64,000 nt of DNA, taken from positions 6,510,001-6,574,000 of the forward strand of contig NC_134031.1 of assembly GCF_964204645.1 (NCBI RefSeq), read 5' to 3'. The stretch comes from Tubulanus polymorphus (lineage: Eukaryota; Animalia; Nemertea). The first letter of the stretch is position 1; every line of letters starts with the position of its first letter. Of this stretch, positions 13,235 through 27,000 are shown in pieces. Under the pieces are notes generated by a model that saw only the letters and a list, made by a program, of their open reading frames with translations, was not told where the DNA came from and searched no databases. The position numbers and the translations under genes are program-made.

Positions 13235-14561
13235 CCATTGATTTCAAATTTGACTCACTTCATACAACTCTACCCGACATTAAACAGAAGAATTAAATCT
13301 AATAATTAGTTGTTGTATAGAAAATTAGATCACGTCATCAATAATTTGCTGAGCCAAATTTTTTCTTGAAGGGACCCCAGGAGTGGATGAAGCTGAGATT
13401 TAGATCTTGTTCATAATCCTCGAAACTGATGCAGGCCAAGTCCAATCAGGTGAGGACAGTCTATTGGTCTCCTTACAGAGAAAAACCTACAAACACGCGC
13501 AGATATATTTACATTGCGGATGAAATAACCAATCATTCAAAGAAGGAAAGATGTTAGAAAATTCCATTCGCAAAATTGTTTTTCTGCCAGTTACCATTCG
13601 GGTTGCATACCAGTCGGTAGAGTCGGAGCATTGCGCCCCGGCCTCACTACTGTATCCTAAATAAATCGTAGAAAATCGAGTCAATCAGTCCAAACCTGTG
13701 ATCACTCTGCATCCGTGGCGAGTGACCTGAGACCCTTTCGGCTACCCCATCCCCCTGGCAGGGAGGTCTGACACATCTCCCCTGTTAATTTTGATATTTC
13801 GCACAGCTTCTTTTTCCTGCTCCAACAAATTTCACGGAAAATCTGCAACATTGGTCTTAATCTTAAACAATCAAAAGATCTAAATCTTTTTATCGATATT
13901 GTATATATAACTCAAAGTTTTGTTTGTCTAGACAGATTATCCGTCATTATAAGGCCTACAATGTTTATTTCCGGGAAAATATTCAGAATTCATTTCATTG
14001 CATTATGATATCTGTTCATATTGCTCGGTACTGAATATGGTATTTACGTATATGAGTTCCGGGTTTGGCAGATTTTCAAATACGCATTGTAGTCTGTATA
14101 GCTCCATTTATTGTTTATAGCCGTACGAATCGTCAAACAAACGTATTTTGAGGGTAAAAATGTTGTATAACACATGTATATAGTACGAGTATGTCATATA
14201 CATTTACATACCACATTTTGCAACACAGATTCTATTTCAGAAAATATTTCAAATAGATTTTATGTCCGACAGTGCCAGTCATCATTGGGTTCGAATTGCA
14301 TTTAAAATAAAACAAACTTATTTTAGAAAGTCAAATGATGTGTAATATGTGTCAGTGTCTTCTGAATATTTTATGATCCCGTAGCGTTCGAGAACTACGA
14401 ACTCGCATTCTCGGTGAGTGTGAATAAAAGATTCACATCTACAACACATATTTTATTTCAGATATGATACTACAATGTATTTCGAATAGCTAAATACACA
14501 AAATACCATCTATACATATATATGTATATTGATAATGAATAGTTTAAAGAGAGATAAATGA

Positions 14562-14830
14562 TTAATATATGTTGTTTTGAATCCAGTCTGTGTACATAGA
14601 TAGTCTGGTGAAAACTGCAGGTCTGCGAGTTTGAAGACAGGGTTCCGGGCCGTACGATGTTATTCCGTGTAGCACGTATCGTTTGCCTTGTAAACATATG
14701 AAAGGTCCTCCCGAATCTCCCTGAAATGATAACAGCAACATTTTGGTCGCATATGTATATGCAATACGCATACGCATTTGCATACAATTATACATATACA
14801 TATGCATATGCATATGCATATATACGTATA

Positions 14831-14862
<32 letters not shown>

Positions 14863-17800
14863 CATATACATGAAAATTTACAAATACACGCATATACATA
14901 ATGCGACCGAAATGTAGAAACGGATATGTGTGGCAAAAACATCAGCGTAAATATTCGTAGAATCAGGTTGCCATATCTAACAAAAATACTGAAAGAGACT
15001 TATCGTTTTGTTGTACTGTCAAGCCGACTTAAATCTGATGGGAACACATATTTTGTCACTAGGACCTTGGTTGATTGTTATATATGCTATATAAAAGAAT
15101 CGTCTTACCGCACATATAGCAGAATTGTGTCCTCCAGAGGCGCAGAATTGTTTATTCGTCACGAAGAAATCACTACGGTACATAGCCTTGCAAATTCCAT
15201 CGCTTTCTACGTACATAAACGCCAACTGAAGTTGATTCGGATATAAAACTGAAACATAGATTTAATCAATCAATTTCCCGCGGTATTTTGGTGGCTGATA
15301 AAGGAGATTGTGCATTAGTTTTTCTTTCTAGTCGGTTTGTGGCAAAAAGAAATTGAATCCTCAAAAAACGATTGTTTTTTTAAACGCCGCGTAGAAATCA
15401 TCGCGAAGCGCACGTGAAAATGAAAGTTTAATTTGGCATCCGGTACGCCAAAAGTGCGGTTCTAGCATTTTGGTGTTGTTTTGGTGCCACACCAAAACAA
15501 ACTTAACCACGGTAAAATTGTGCCAACACGTAATAATTGTGGCCAAGACAGCCGTTTTGACGTTCCAAGGTGGATCATTTGATAATTTTGGGCTGATTTT
15601 GTTGGCTTATCATAAGCCAACAAAATCAGCCCAAAATTAGTAGTACGTACATGTATCCATTATGGCACTAAGCGCCTTAATTTGCATACTAAAACATTCA
15701 CGATGGCCACGTCAGCCACCATACTTCCAACATTTAATGTGAAAAGTACTCAAATAATACGGAGATTCTTGTTTTTATTTTCCCGCTCTCTATCATTTTA
15801 AAATGCGTGTAATAATGTTTTTTTCCTATTTCCCCCTCCGCACTCCCATTTCTTTTCTTGCACTCTGAGTATTTGATAAAGGCCTGCCAACAGTAAAATG
15901 CTTACCCATATCGTTATTAAGTGCTCCCCATCCAGCTACCTGACACATTTCGCCTGTACTAGGGGTATCTAATGCATCCCAGGGTAATGTCACTATGTCC
16001 TGCTTGTCGCTGCGTACAATCGGCCGACTTAATTTCATTATAGCGATATCGTCAACTTTTAGAACGTAAAGGAAGGAAACGAATGGGGTTGAAATAAAAT
16101 CTAATCTGTAGTAATATTCTATGCGTGTATATGGATACATCAGTACAGTGGAACCACGTTGTAACAATCTCGTATATATAGTAACGATTTATCGGTAATT
16201 ACAAATTACTAGAATTAAGTCCTAAATCAGACAGATTATCACTATAATTTCATACTGAACGTATCGAACTATCGATTATAACGAACACATCTTCTGGTGC
16301 CCTGAAGTTCGTTGTAACGAGGTTCTGCTGTATATGCACAGTGAATTATTCTGGAGTCGTGCAGTTCGTTGTAACGACATTTCACTGTGTAAGTGAAGTA
16401 GCTGAAGTTTTAATCCGATATAAGACTCGACGTATAATACTTTTAAGCTATGTATGGTTTCAATAATTCAGAAATGTATGGTTTCAATAATTAAGTGTAC
16501 CCAAATAACTCATTTTGTTTAGGCCTACATTGCTTAAAACCCATTCCATGTTGTATTAGAGAGAATCATGAGGCCTGAAAAGGCTTTTTCTTCACTAATC
16601 CACCATCTATCAGTGTATGGGCATTTCAACGACTGTAAAACAACTCTAAAGCATGAAATGGTGCGGTTAGAGCAAATGAAATGAAATGAAAATGTCAGAA
16701 TATTTAATATCATTCTAGATTCTGGAGTAGTTCCGTCAGCATGGGTTCAGGGTTATATCATTCCTTTGTATAAAGGCAAAGGCGACCAAGGTGACCCAAG
16801 TAATTACCGCGGCATCACAATTTTATCATGTTTAGGCAAACTTTTTACACTAGTTCTGAATAATCGTCTGAGCAACCAGCTTCGACTAGTTCGCCATCTA
16901 GCGGACAATTAGGTCAGTAGGCCAGTCACATGTGATGTGACATTGCCCATACCTCAAGGTTTTTATTGCCACTCCCCTCGTGACATCGCCGTGGAGTGGG
17001 TTTCAAAGTGATGTAAGCCTAAAAATTAAAATGCAAATATTTCTGACGTAGAGATTAAAATGGTCTACAAAACATAACTACTGAGGCAAATTGCGTTTTG
17101 CTTTTATCTTAAAAGATAATTCAAATAAAGACTAACTTGCAGGTTCGTCCGGTGACCACGAGGCGTGGATTCTGATATCTCTTACGTGATACATGCTTTC
17201 CGGTGATGTTTGTATAGATTTCAAATTCATCTGCCCAATCAACACACTGTACAGGCGCGTTTGTTGACTGCCAAAAGACAATGATGTTATATAGAAATAC
17301 ACTGTTTTGGAATTTTCTTCAGAGAACAAAGGCCTCATGCCTCATGAAGGAGAGGGAGAGTGAGAGAGAAATAAAGATGTGGGTTTATCATTGACGAGTC
17401 ACCAAGGCTGTGGTTTGAATTTAGACTACAAAGTGACGAAATGAATTTTACTTACTCGTCTTTGAAACAGTGGGCAGCGGTTAGAACTGTATCAGTACCT
17501 ATCAGGCTACCTCCACACACATGAGCACCGTCGTACAACACAGCCACAACAAACGGCATATCGACTGATGACTTGGCATTTTCTCCATTTATAATTCGCC
17601 AATCTCCCTCAGTCGCTTTATCGGAATCATCATAAATTTATTTCTTTCAAACAATGAAGGCAGTGTTTCCTATACTCAAAATAGTCAGTAATTGGGAGCG
17701 GCCTATTTATGACAAATATTTAAATTTAACCCGGGGTTTAAATCAATACAATAACCCTAGAGTCAAACCCTGGTCTCGGTTTTATAGACTGGTATTACCT

Positions 17801-17928
17801 TTAACCCGGGGCTTACTTAATTGATAATGAATGAGTTAAACCCGGTGTATTAATTTTCCAAAATTACCTGTAATGCTAGAAGGCCTAGCGACCAGGAAAA
17901 TGAAAGCGATGTAACAGTAAATTTCCAT
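14562..17928 (-). CDS. Secreted S1A serine protease (chymotrypsin/elastase-type pocket), 6 exons, ~266 aa
   Basis: Exons 17928-17868, 17615-17456, 17267-17137, 16055-15906, 15248-15109 and 14720-14562 are phase-compatible GT-AG. They encode a signal peptide, activation site WR/IINGE, CGGSLI, LTAAHC, DDIAIMKL, CQVAGWG, ICAGDSGGP and PAVFTRLS..DWI. The exon-2 acceptor (AAG) is the least certain junction. Confidence 0.92.
14790..14870. repeat. (CATATG)/(GCAC)n compound microsatellite in the last protease intron
   Basis: Visible tandem CATATG and GCAC units. Confidence 0.85.
16146..16330. mobile_element. Tc1/pogo-like MITE
   Basis: TA-CAGTGGAACCACGTTGTAAC ... GTTGTAACGAGGTTCTGCTG-TA: imperfect TIRs with TA flanks. 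Confidence 0.55.
16695..16872 (+). mobile_element. Non-LTR retrotransposon ORF2 fragment in a protease intron
   Basis: Translates IFNIILDSGVVPSAWVQGYIIPLYKGKGDQGDPSNYRGITILSCLGKLFTLVLNNRL, the conserved pre-RT block of LINEs. Confidence 0.88.
17725..17850. mobile_element. Degenerate palindromic MITE related to 56427-56534
   Basis: Shares CGGTTTTATAGAC.GGTATT...TTAACCCGGGG...AATGAGTTAA.CCCGG. Confidence 0.6.
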
Positions 17929-18284
17929 ATGGTACGAAATGAAATTGTGCAGCTAAAGCAAACAGAAGTCTGTGTTTATCTGGAACTCATGTGTCTAAAA
18001 CATATGTATCAACTTTACAAATAGCGATAGTAATATTCTGATAAGCTCTAAAGCCTTTTTTATAATTCGAAGCGATTCGTATTGGACAGACTGTTTGTTT
18101 TTGTACTTAGATAATGGAGTCTAAACTTAGCTGAAAATCACATGTATGTTCGTTCGTCTGTAGACATTTGGTTCTACGACATAATCTGATGGTATTATTG
18201 AGAAGGTTTTAACATACTTTGATGTACGTACGGTAGAGAGCTGTGTTATCACACGTGCGCTTTTTTGCCGGTACAAAAACGAAG

Positions 18285-18440
18285 CGACCCGGGCCAAATT
18301 TTAGCGCTTTGTTTAAGCATTGTTAGTATCGAGTGAGTGGTTAGCATATGAACGCGCTTTCCCTAATTAGGAGCGGGCCACATTTGACTCGGGCCCGATC
18401 CGTGCCAATTTATCCCTGGCAAAATCGCCTCTCCGTGTGG
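18285..18440. repeat. Dispersed repeat; inverted homolog at ~60585-60745
   Basis: TATCGAGTGAGTGGTT...GCGCT...TTTGACTC.GGCC...CGTGTG matches the reverse complement of CACACGAG...GGCCTGAGTCAAA...AACCACTCACTCGATA. Confidence 0.55.
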
Positions 18441-19214
18441 TTGGTTGATGAATGCATCTACCCTAAAAATTTCCCATATGAAGACGCTTAAATCAGGTGC
18501 CTCGAGGTTTGGTATATACATATATCCCCTCTTTGATCAGGTCTCAGGCCTTGAGGTTTGGCGTATACATGTAACGCCTCTCCCTAGGGCATATCATGAG
18601 AAAGATTGGATCGAAAACAAGAAGCCGTCTTGTGACCTTTTTGTCATTCTAGCACGATCTGAATTCTTAGGCCTATAATAGCTTATTCTCGCTGAAAACA
18701 ATTTTAGTTGTTTTCAACTCAGTTTCTCACTGTGTACAAGAGTTAATCCAAAATTCCTTGGGTGGGACTTGTCTCACGATACACTTATAGGCACATTGTT
18801 CCCAAATACATGCAGTGCAATACATTAACAAACAAATGTACTCCGGATGTTTCATTTTGACGGTGTATCTATGCCATAATGTTTGCTAGTGTTCTTCTTT
18901 ACACAATATTGAATATACGTAGTTCATATGTGTTATACATACAATAGTATCCCATTATATTGGTTCTTTCATTGTTCCCGAATAGATACACTTTTTCGTC
19001 TTTCATCTCAACTTTCAAAGCACATTTTGTAGCGCTAGATTGAATTGAGAATTAATGAGGATATAGAATTTGTAGACACAAGCCGAGAATATTCGCGCAT
19101 CAAATTTGCACATAACGCAAGCTCGTTTTGTAAATCTAAATTGAAGCTTTATGAATAGTTTTATTAGTTCGCGGAGCGTATTATCCTGAGCAACATCTCA
19201 CTCGACACTTCAAC

Positions 19215-20285
19215 ATGAGCGTAAATGTGACGACACCACAGTCCCCCTCTAGAACGTCCATGTGTTCCATAAAGCTGGAAGTTCAATACGCTTTATTTCC
19301 ACTGCATGTCTTCATAGGAATTCCTGTATCAGTGACTGGAATCGTACTAAATGTTTTATCAGTCATCGTTTTAAACCAAATGTCAACAAAAAGTTTTAGT
19401 TCAGCGTTGTTTCTGCTCAAGTATCTCAGCTACGCCGAGTGTGTATTTTTGGTCACCGATCTGAACTACAGGGGTTTAAGATATCTTGTTTCGATGATTC
19501 AACTCGGGGTTGATGTATTCAGGATGACGGCTGCGATGCAACCTTTCATGCTAATCGGTTCGATCACCGCATATGACATAGCACTACAAAATCGTAATTG
19601 GACTATAGTTCTATTGAGTTTAGACAGACTCGTTCACGTTGCGTTCCCTTTTAAAGCTATTAAATGGTTCACACGTATACGAAGTCTTGTCGTAGTAATA
19701 GCACTGACGTTGCTTTCAATCTATAGTCAAATGTATAAATACTTCTATCTCAGACTTAAATGGGTCAATCGAACCTGTCCGCACAGGAAACCCGGGTATA
19801 GAGTAGTTTTTGGAAGTGTTAATGTAACTGTTGGCCGATTTTATGGTCCTGCAATAGGTTCGTTGGCGCCGTTAACGTTTCTCGCGGCGTTCGCGGTTAC
19901 AACGCTGATCTTAACAAAACAGATACGCAGACGTCAAAAGGAAGTAGCTGTTAGTACTAGCGACAAAAACTCGACGCAAGCGATGAAGATGACGTTATGT
20001 ATCATAGGTCTACATGCATTGTTTGAACTGCCTGGTGGTATTAACCACATTATAATCGGTTTGAAACGTCATAGAATAATAACATATCCATATAGAGGAA
20101 TCGAAGGAACGACCGATTCCGTGGTAGGTTTACTCAATAGAATCGATTCCATTAGTAATTTCGTTATTTTTGTTCTAGCTAGTCCTTCCTTTCGAAAATT
20201 GTTGAAAAATACTCTGCTCAAATGTCGATCAAAATACACACAAATATGGACTACTCAATGTACACAGCGTGCGAAACAAAGATGA
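19215..20285 (+). CDS. Single-exon class A orphan GPCR (peptide-receptor-derived, chemoreceptor-like), 356 aa
   Basis: 7 TM; GIVLN, LSYAE, RNWTIVLLSLDRL..VAFPF, FELPGG, DSISNFVIF..ASPSFR. Confidence 0.92.
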   Translation: MSVNVTTPQSPSRTSMCSIKLEVQYALFPLHVFIGIPVSVTGIVLNVLSVIVLNQMSTKSFSSALFLLKYLSYAECVFLVTDLNYRGLRYLVSMIQLGVDVFRMTAAMQPFMLIGSITAYDIALQNRNWTIVLLSLDRLVHVAFPFKAIKWFTRIRSLVVVIALTLLSIYSQMYKYFYLRLKWVNRTCPHRKPGYRVVFGSVNVTVGRFYGPAIGSLAPLTFLAAFAVTTLILTKQIRRRQKEVAVSTSDKNSTQAMKMTLCIIGLHALFELPGGINHIIIGLKRHRIITYPYRGIEGTTDSVVGLLNRIDSISNFVIFVLASPSFRKLLKNTLLKCRSKYTQIWTTQCTQRAKQR

Positions 20286-23213
20286 TGCGCTAGACGTTCT
20301 GCCCGTGACGTCATCGCGCGTCGACCGGTCACAGTGAATAAACGGAACCCTATTCCCTAAAAGTCCAATCCCCTCATAACCAGTCAAGGTAAAATGTATG
20401 CGATTGTGTATTAGAATTTTGTCAGTGAAATTACCATTGAATATCGTGCAAGTGGCATGAGGCGGGCATTGAAGAGATTGGATTCGCAAAATCTCCCACC
20501 TGTGTGGAAATAAGCAAAGTGATACGATTGATTTCAAAACCCACGTTCAAAAGATAGGGACTTTTTGAACATTAGGCCCAAGTTAAAGAAACGTGACGTT
20601 TCCCAGTGCAAATTCTTTCCAATTGAATGATTTGGCTCAATTGAACAGTCAATCAGTCAATGATTCGTACGACAACTGCGTGCACAGCCATTTATTTGTT
20701 GGGGGTCCTGTGTATTGTGTCAAATTTTAAATGTATTCTGTATTGTGCATATCATTTACTTTATCAATATAATGAATGTAGCTGCAAAGCAGCGGTTACG
20801 GGTTTTCTGTCTACCAGCTAATATGCCAACCTTTGGAAGTTATGAATGAAAATTGTTTGTTGTTGGGGTTTCAAGCCTGGTATTACAAGTACATTTACGC
20901 CAATGTATCATATGACAGTAATACCATATAAAGTACTTTCAATATAAAGATACACTATAAGACTTATCAATGAAAGTTAACTTGAATTGACGTGTATCCG
21001 ATTCCAAACCAACAAATAAATGAAATATTTTCGCAGGTGAAATAGAATCCGTGTTGCAAATGTAAAAGTCAACGAGATAATACGAGTTCCAAGTTCTCCA
21101 ACGCAACGGAACATGGCCATACTCACACTACCGGTATTATAAAACATTCATCTAAACAAGATTGTTTGACAATTCGGTAGATTAAACTTCTGAAACTTCT
21201 TAATTTCTGAAGCCATAATTAACATAGTTTCGTTTCCAACACGCGGGCTATAAACAGCACGATGGCGCTATACAGACTACAGATCGATGATCACTTGAAA
21301 ACCCACCAAACCTCTCATACTTAAAGACTTTAATATTCAGTACCCCGCAATATGATGTGATATTATAATGCAAAGAAGTGAATTCTGTAAAATAGCAGAA
21401 AATCCTTGAAAATACACTTATTCATTGACCACCGAGATCACGTAAAGTTACTTTATTGACTGTTTGCAACGTGTCAAATATGTTGAAACGTCATAACCAG
21501 AATCTTAATGATTAATAATTGGAAACTTCAATTAACAATTATTTTAGCCTGATGATGGCTGTTTCTTAACAACTGATATGTTCTGTGGTTTTTCTTGCTG
21601 CATTCAAGAGTTATTCTTAAAGTACATAAAAGATATGTTTTTGATGGTGCATCATAGGATTGTGCAGCTGCGTTATTTCTCTTATCAGTTTCGGACCAAT
21701 GAACCCTCAGAGCTATGTTGAAATATCGATCTACAAAATCATCTCTCGTAAATCTCTCAGTGTGAGACTTGTCTGATTATATGCTCTTAATCACAGAGTT
21801 CCCAAATGCATGTAATGGGCATCATTTCATCAGTATTAGGAAAATATAAACAAAAGCTCGAGTTCATGGCCGTGGTTGCTGTCGGACTACCAACGTGGAT
21901 GCTGCTTCACATAAGAAATAAAAATTGAAGTTAAGCCAACAAACTTGTCAGACAGTGACTTACGTATCTACGTAAGGAAACCTAAATGTGACACTTGAGC
22001 TCTAGCTGGTGCAAACTTATATTCAGATCATTGTGACGTGTGTAGGTACCTAAGCATACATGGGACGATGGAATGATGTGGCTGAAATGAGGGTTTTGAA
22101 CGAGGAGGGTAGGAAAAGAAAGGCAGAATCATAAAGAGGCTGGACCCATTGAAAGAAAGAGTTGTACCTATTATCTCTAATTCATACGAAAGAACGACAT
22201 CGGTGAGATAGTAAAATACAAGGAATCAAAAATACAAACAACTAAACTAACACAAGCAGTGTAATGCATAAACAATACCTGTATGTTTCCTTTTGTCAGT
22301 ATGTCTTTGTCATAGTCTTCACTTCTTTCTGCACAATAGGGAATATACTAGTTGATTATTAGCACCTGCTCAAAACCATTTTTAGGTCCTGGAAACAACT
22401 TCTACTTGCCATCAGGCCCTAAAAGACGATTCAGTTTATCGCGAAAATATCTTCCAAGTCCTAGAAACAACTTTTAAGTTGTCTTCGGTGAGTGCTGAAT
22501 AGGAGCAGCTGCTGGAAAATGTTTCTAAACCAATTTGGGATTGCGTGGCCTGAATACGCCACGATAGGATGTTGTTAACGATCAGAATTAAATTTTGTTG
22601 AATAAGAAAACGTAAGATATAAATCGTAAAATATGATTTAATTGTCTATTGGTGATTACGCATATTATACCGACTTCATATCGTAAACAGAACTGTTAAA
22701 AAAATCAATTTGAAATATGTTCAACGTTAATTAATTGAGTGCTTCCTAATTCAATTTTATAAGGCATAAAGCAAAACACGCGCATGAATATATATTTCAT
22801 ATTGGAGAATATATTTCTAGGATACAATTGATATGACGTCGAAAGTATTTCCTCTGCGCGTGAAGTGAAAACCGAGTTTATTTCGACGCTGTTTCTAAGG
22901 GCACCATCATGCTATCATCCGGGTGCGAGTTGGTGTTCAGATTTCCACGTGATTTCTGCAATTTAAATTATAAATTATTTGAATATGCAGGGACGCGCCA
23001 ATTATAACCGGAGCGCCTGCCCAAAGGTGCGTTCAACGGTCAGATGTAGGTTCTTCACCGGTTATATACTAATTGTTCAAATTTATCAAACAGATTTTTG
23101 GACGTCAAATAGCAGTCAACTCTGACGTCAGTTGACGAACGGAATGACCTGACGTGACGTTACGTGAGGCAATTCAATATATCGCGACGAGCGCTTTAAT
23201 GTTCGTTAATATA

Positions 23214-24037
23214 CAGGGTGTCTCAGAAAATATGTTACACTGCCTTAAGGTTACTAATTCATTAACTATGATTTAAATTATTATTTTTTGGGGGAAAGTT
23301 GGTAGACCTGGATGTTTACTCGAGAATGAAATGTTGAAATGTAAAAAAATAAGTCATGCATGGCTGAGCACAAGCAGGTTTATGAATCGCCATTAAAATT
23401 CTGTCGAAACAAATTTGCGGATTGCTCCATTGTGTATGTCTATTGTTAAATGACCACCTGCCTGTTGGAATATTGATTTGAAATAAAAAAATCATTGAAT
23501 TTCACTCCTTGTGATGTTTTTTCATGTTGGGAAATGTAAAAACTAAGTAATTCAAAAGACCATCAGCAGGAATCAAGGAGTTAGTGTCCGGAAAGTAAAA
23601 GATTTTGAGAAATACTGAATCTGATGTATCAAAATTCAACGTTGAGCTTAACTGTGCATTGGTAAAATAGTGATGACATTGAACAAGTGCCAGAGAAGCT
23701 TAATTTGTCATGAGTACTAACAATTTTATCAAGTAGAAATCTGCTTCAGTTGATTTAATTGCCCGGTCTCAAATTATGTGAAGTGAAAGCGGAACATTTA
23801 TCAATAAACATTTATAATGCAATAATCCTTATTTTTTGTATTGGTTTGACTCCATTTTAAGGACCATTCAAAAACATTGTATGCTCAGCCATGCATGACT
23901 TATTTCTTTCATTTAAACGTTCCATCCTCGAGTAAACATCCAAGTCTACCAACCTACCCCCAAGAATTCTTATTTCAATTATAGTTAATGTATAATTAAT
24001 CTTTAAGCTATGGTAACACATTTTTTGAGACACCCTG
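23214..24037. mobile_element. Tc1/mariner-type non-autonomous element, 824 bp, ~190-bp TIRs, TA TSD
   Basis: TA-CAGGGTGTCTCA...CTCGAG...CATGCATGGCTGAGCA at the left end and its reverse complement ending ...TGAGACACCCTG-TA at the right. Confidence 0.88.
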
Positions 24038-24099
24038 TATTTTGTAAATGAAAAAATACAAATTAAATCGAATCGCATTCTAAGATGATATAATCAAAA

Positions 24100-27000
24100 T
24101 TAAGTTACAATTACCTTGCCATGAAATTTGAAAAAGAGAATTTCAGCTAACAAGACCAATAATGCAACAGCCATACCGATAGCCAGCATAATGAAAATAC
24201 CCCTTGTATCGGGCAATTTACTTTCATCAATCTCCTCATCTGCCTCCTTGACGTCCTCTTTTTTCCACCATTTGTTGTACAGCTCTTCGAGTTTACCGCT
24301 CGCTTTCATTTTTGTTATAGCTGAATTCAGCTTCGATTTCATCGGCGAGTTTTTTGGCAATGCCAAGCCGTACTGTCCTTTATTCAAGAGCCCTCCGATT
24401 AGTACCAGGTCCTTGTCCTTCCTCGATATGCGCTCTAGATAAGGGCTCATCCCTATGAATGCGAATCCGCCTTGCTTCACCAGTTCGTGTCCTTCTTCCG
24501 TCGAATTGAGAAATTTTAATTTCGGCAGCATTTTTTGATGGACAGGATTGTTAGAATTCTTCAAGAAATTGTAGGTTCGGCTGCTTTCGATCACGCCGTA
24601 TTCCAGATTAGATTTGAACAAGGCGGAATCGGAGCTGACTTTCGCCGACGACGATTGCGTTGACAGGAACGGTTTAACTAGTATCAGGATAAGGATGTAT
24701 GAGATAAAAGTGATAAGACAGAATGCCCACCACCACACTGACAAAACCCGAGATGCGAGGCTGATCGGTCGCCATCTACTCCCACCTGAAAAAAATGAGA
24801 AACCGTACGCAATCGGTTCGATACATGTTTGATTTGGATTTCAACAGTTTTGATTTTTAAATTTGTAAAGACGGATTTAGGGGGGGGGGGGGTCTCGGGG
24901 TCCAGACCCCTGCCTTCCGAATAGAAGTTGCCTTTTTTATGAAGACAGAGATCGTTAAATTGTTTAACATTGTATACTCTTCCTCTCGGAAATCAAATCT
25001 ACTTTCAGAAATATCTAACACCGAGGGTGGGACTCAGTGGCCTTCCTTTGACATGGCTGCTATATCTGAGAAATGATTTATTTTCTTCCGGCCTTCCCAT
25101 TTTCCTAGATCTGCCCCTGCAGTGCTCATCCTATTCTAGGGGAACACAAGTCAGTAGTGTTTTGTATGTAAAAAGATAACAGTAAAACTAAGCCGGAATG
25201 AAGTGGTTCGCGAGTTGGAAGAAGTCACATTATTGTAACTCCATTCATATCATACAAACTGTTTTTCGTAATATTTGCTTATTCTCCACTAACCTTGCAT
25301 CGCAAACCCAGTTACAGTGTACCATAACGTCTGATAAATGTTGAAGCCTTGACCTTGCCTGGTTACGGGGGTCACCTCTCGACGTAGGGTTCTTTTGTGC
25401 CAGCCATACGGATCAAACCGATTAAATATCGCCAAGAGAATACTAGTCTACAAAATACGGAATCGGCTTAGTCAAATTCGAACTCGCAGCTCTGGAACTG
25501 GGTTCTGAATAAGGGAACATCTCAAAATTGAATAAGAATAACTCGCGGAAGTGGGTGGGGGGGGGGGGGGGGGTTGAAGGCCTCCCATTGATTGATCACG
25601 ACTGCCGAACTATCGATCATTGCTATAGGATCCGAATCAGCTTTAAACTCTCAAGCTCTAAACTCTCGCACACTTTAGATATTAGGCATTTGACCGGAGC
25701 TCGAAAGAATTTCAATTTAGATATAATACTGTTCGCAGTAGATCTACTTTTCTCTTTTTAGATGATGTTGGTTTTCAGATTAATCTTATTTTATTCTTTA
25801 TGAAGTCTATTAGAGTTTCCAATCGGTGTTGTTTATATAATTTTTCCAGTTTATTTCAAATTGAATGTGTAATCAAAATAAACGCGTGAGAACTTATCTT
25901 TGTCACTGGTCTTTCATTAGAAAACCAATAGTTATAACTTAGGCATGTGTCAAACTAAATGGCGGGATGGGGGTAACAAGAATTAAACAGTTATTCTTAT
26001 CGACACAACTATTAAAATTTTGAGCTGCTCCTTAAATCGCGCCCATAACAGGAATGTGTGCTATGTTTTACTTACCAGGATCCAAGCGACGATTAGTAAT
26101 AACCAAGTGATCAGCGGGAACGGTTTGAAGAAATACGTCATGTTAGGCGTCTCTTTAACGACGAAAGCGTCGTTTTTGTTCATCATTATAGTCACTCCGT
26201 ACGACATAATGCTTTCGGTGAAATCGACCACTTTCAGGCGATCAGGAGATATCGTCATAGCAGCTGCTGCAATATCCGCTTTCTGAAAAATTTTCATAGT
26301 TCTAATTCCTGATTTTTTGTTTTAAAGTCATTATTATTATATAAGTTTATTTCTTTACAAAAATACAATACAAAAATACAGTCATAACTATTACATAAAA
26401 AGTTAAAGAATGTACTTCTACATTGTACAGCGTAGTAAAGAAAACGAACTCGTTTGGATTCAGTTAACCTACCTTGGCAAGTATTTCTTCAATCATTCCA
26501 TTCCATTGTTCTTTGCCACCGACCATCGATTTGGTGCCGTATTTCCCGTCGGGAACCAAATAGATGTTATACTTCAAATCGCTGATTTCGTTTGCTAATT
26601 CGTCCAATATGTCTTTCATGAAGCCTTCGTATTTGTCATTTCCCGACAGAGATTTGTCGTCTCGTGGGATCAAATACAATTTATCCTGAAAGCGAATAGC
26701 CATACGTAAGAGATGAAATTCATGACGGTAATATCAAGTTGTAAAAAATATTGCCTTCATTACTATGATTTTACCAAGGGCCAGTTGCGCATTAAATATA
26801 TTTCGTGAGCAATCTTCGTGCTTAACCAACCTTCGATATGTACTTACTACAATCGTTACGACTCTTGTGTTGGGTGCAGTTTGTCCGTCTAAAAAAGATG
26901 CACATATTAATTGTATTTAGAATAAGTAAGTTTGGAGGTCATACACGGGTTGTACTGATTTGAAATGATTAGCTTTAAGCGAGGCTTATCTGGTTTCAAT

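Noticed and set aside
17616-17671. Upstream TAG acceptor for protease exon 2
   Set aside because: It introduces in-frame TGA and TAA; the AAG acceptor before 17615 gives an open frame.
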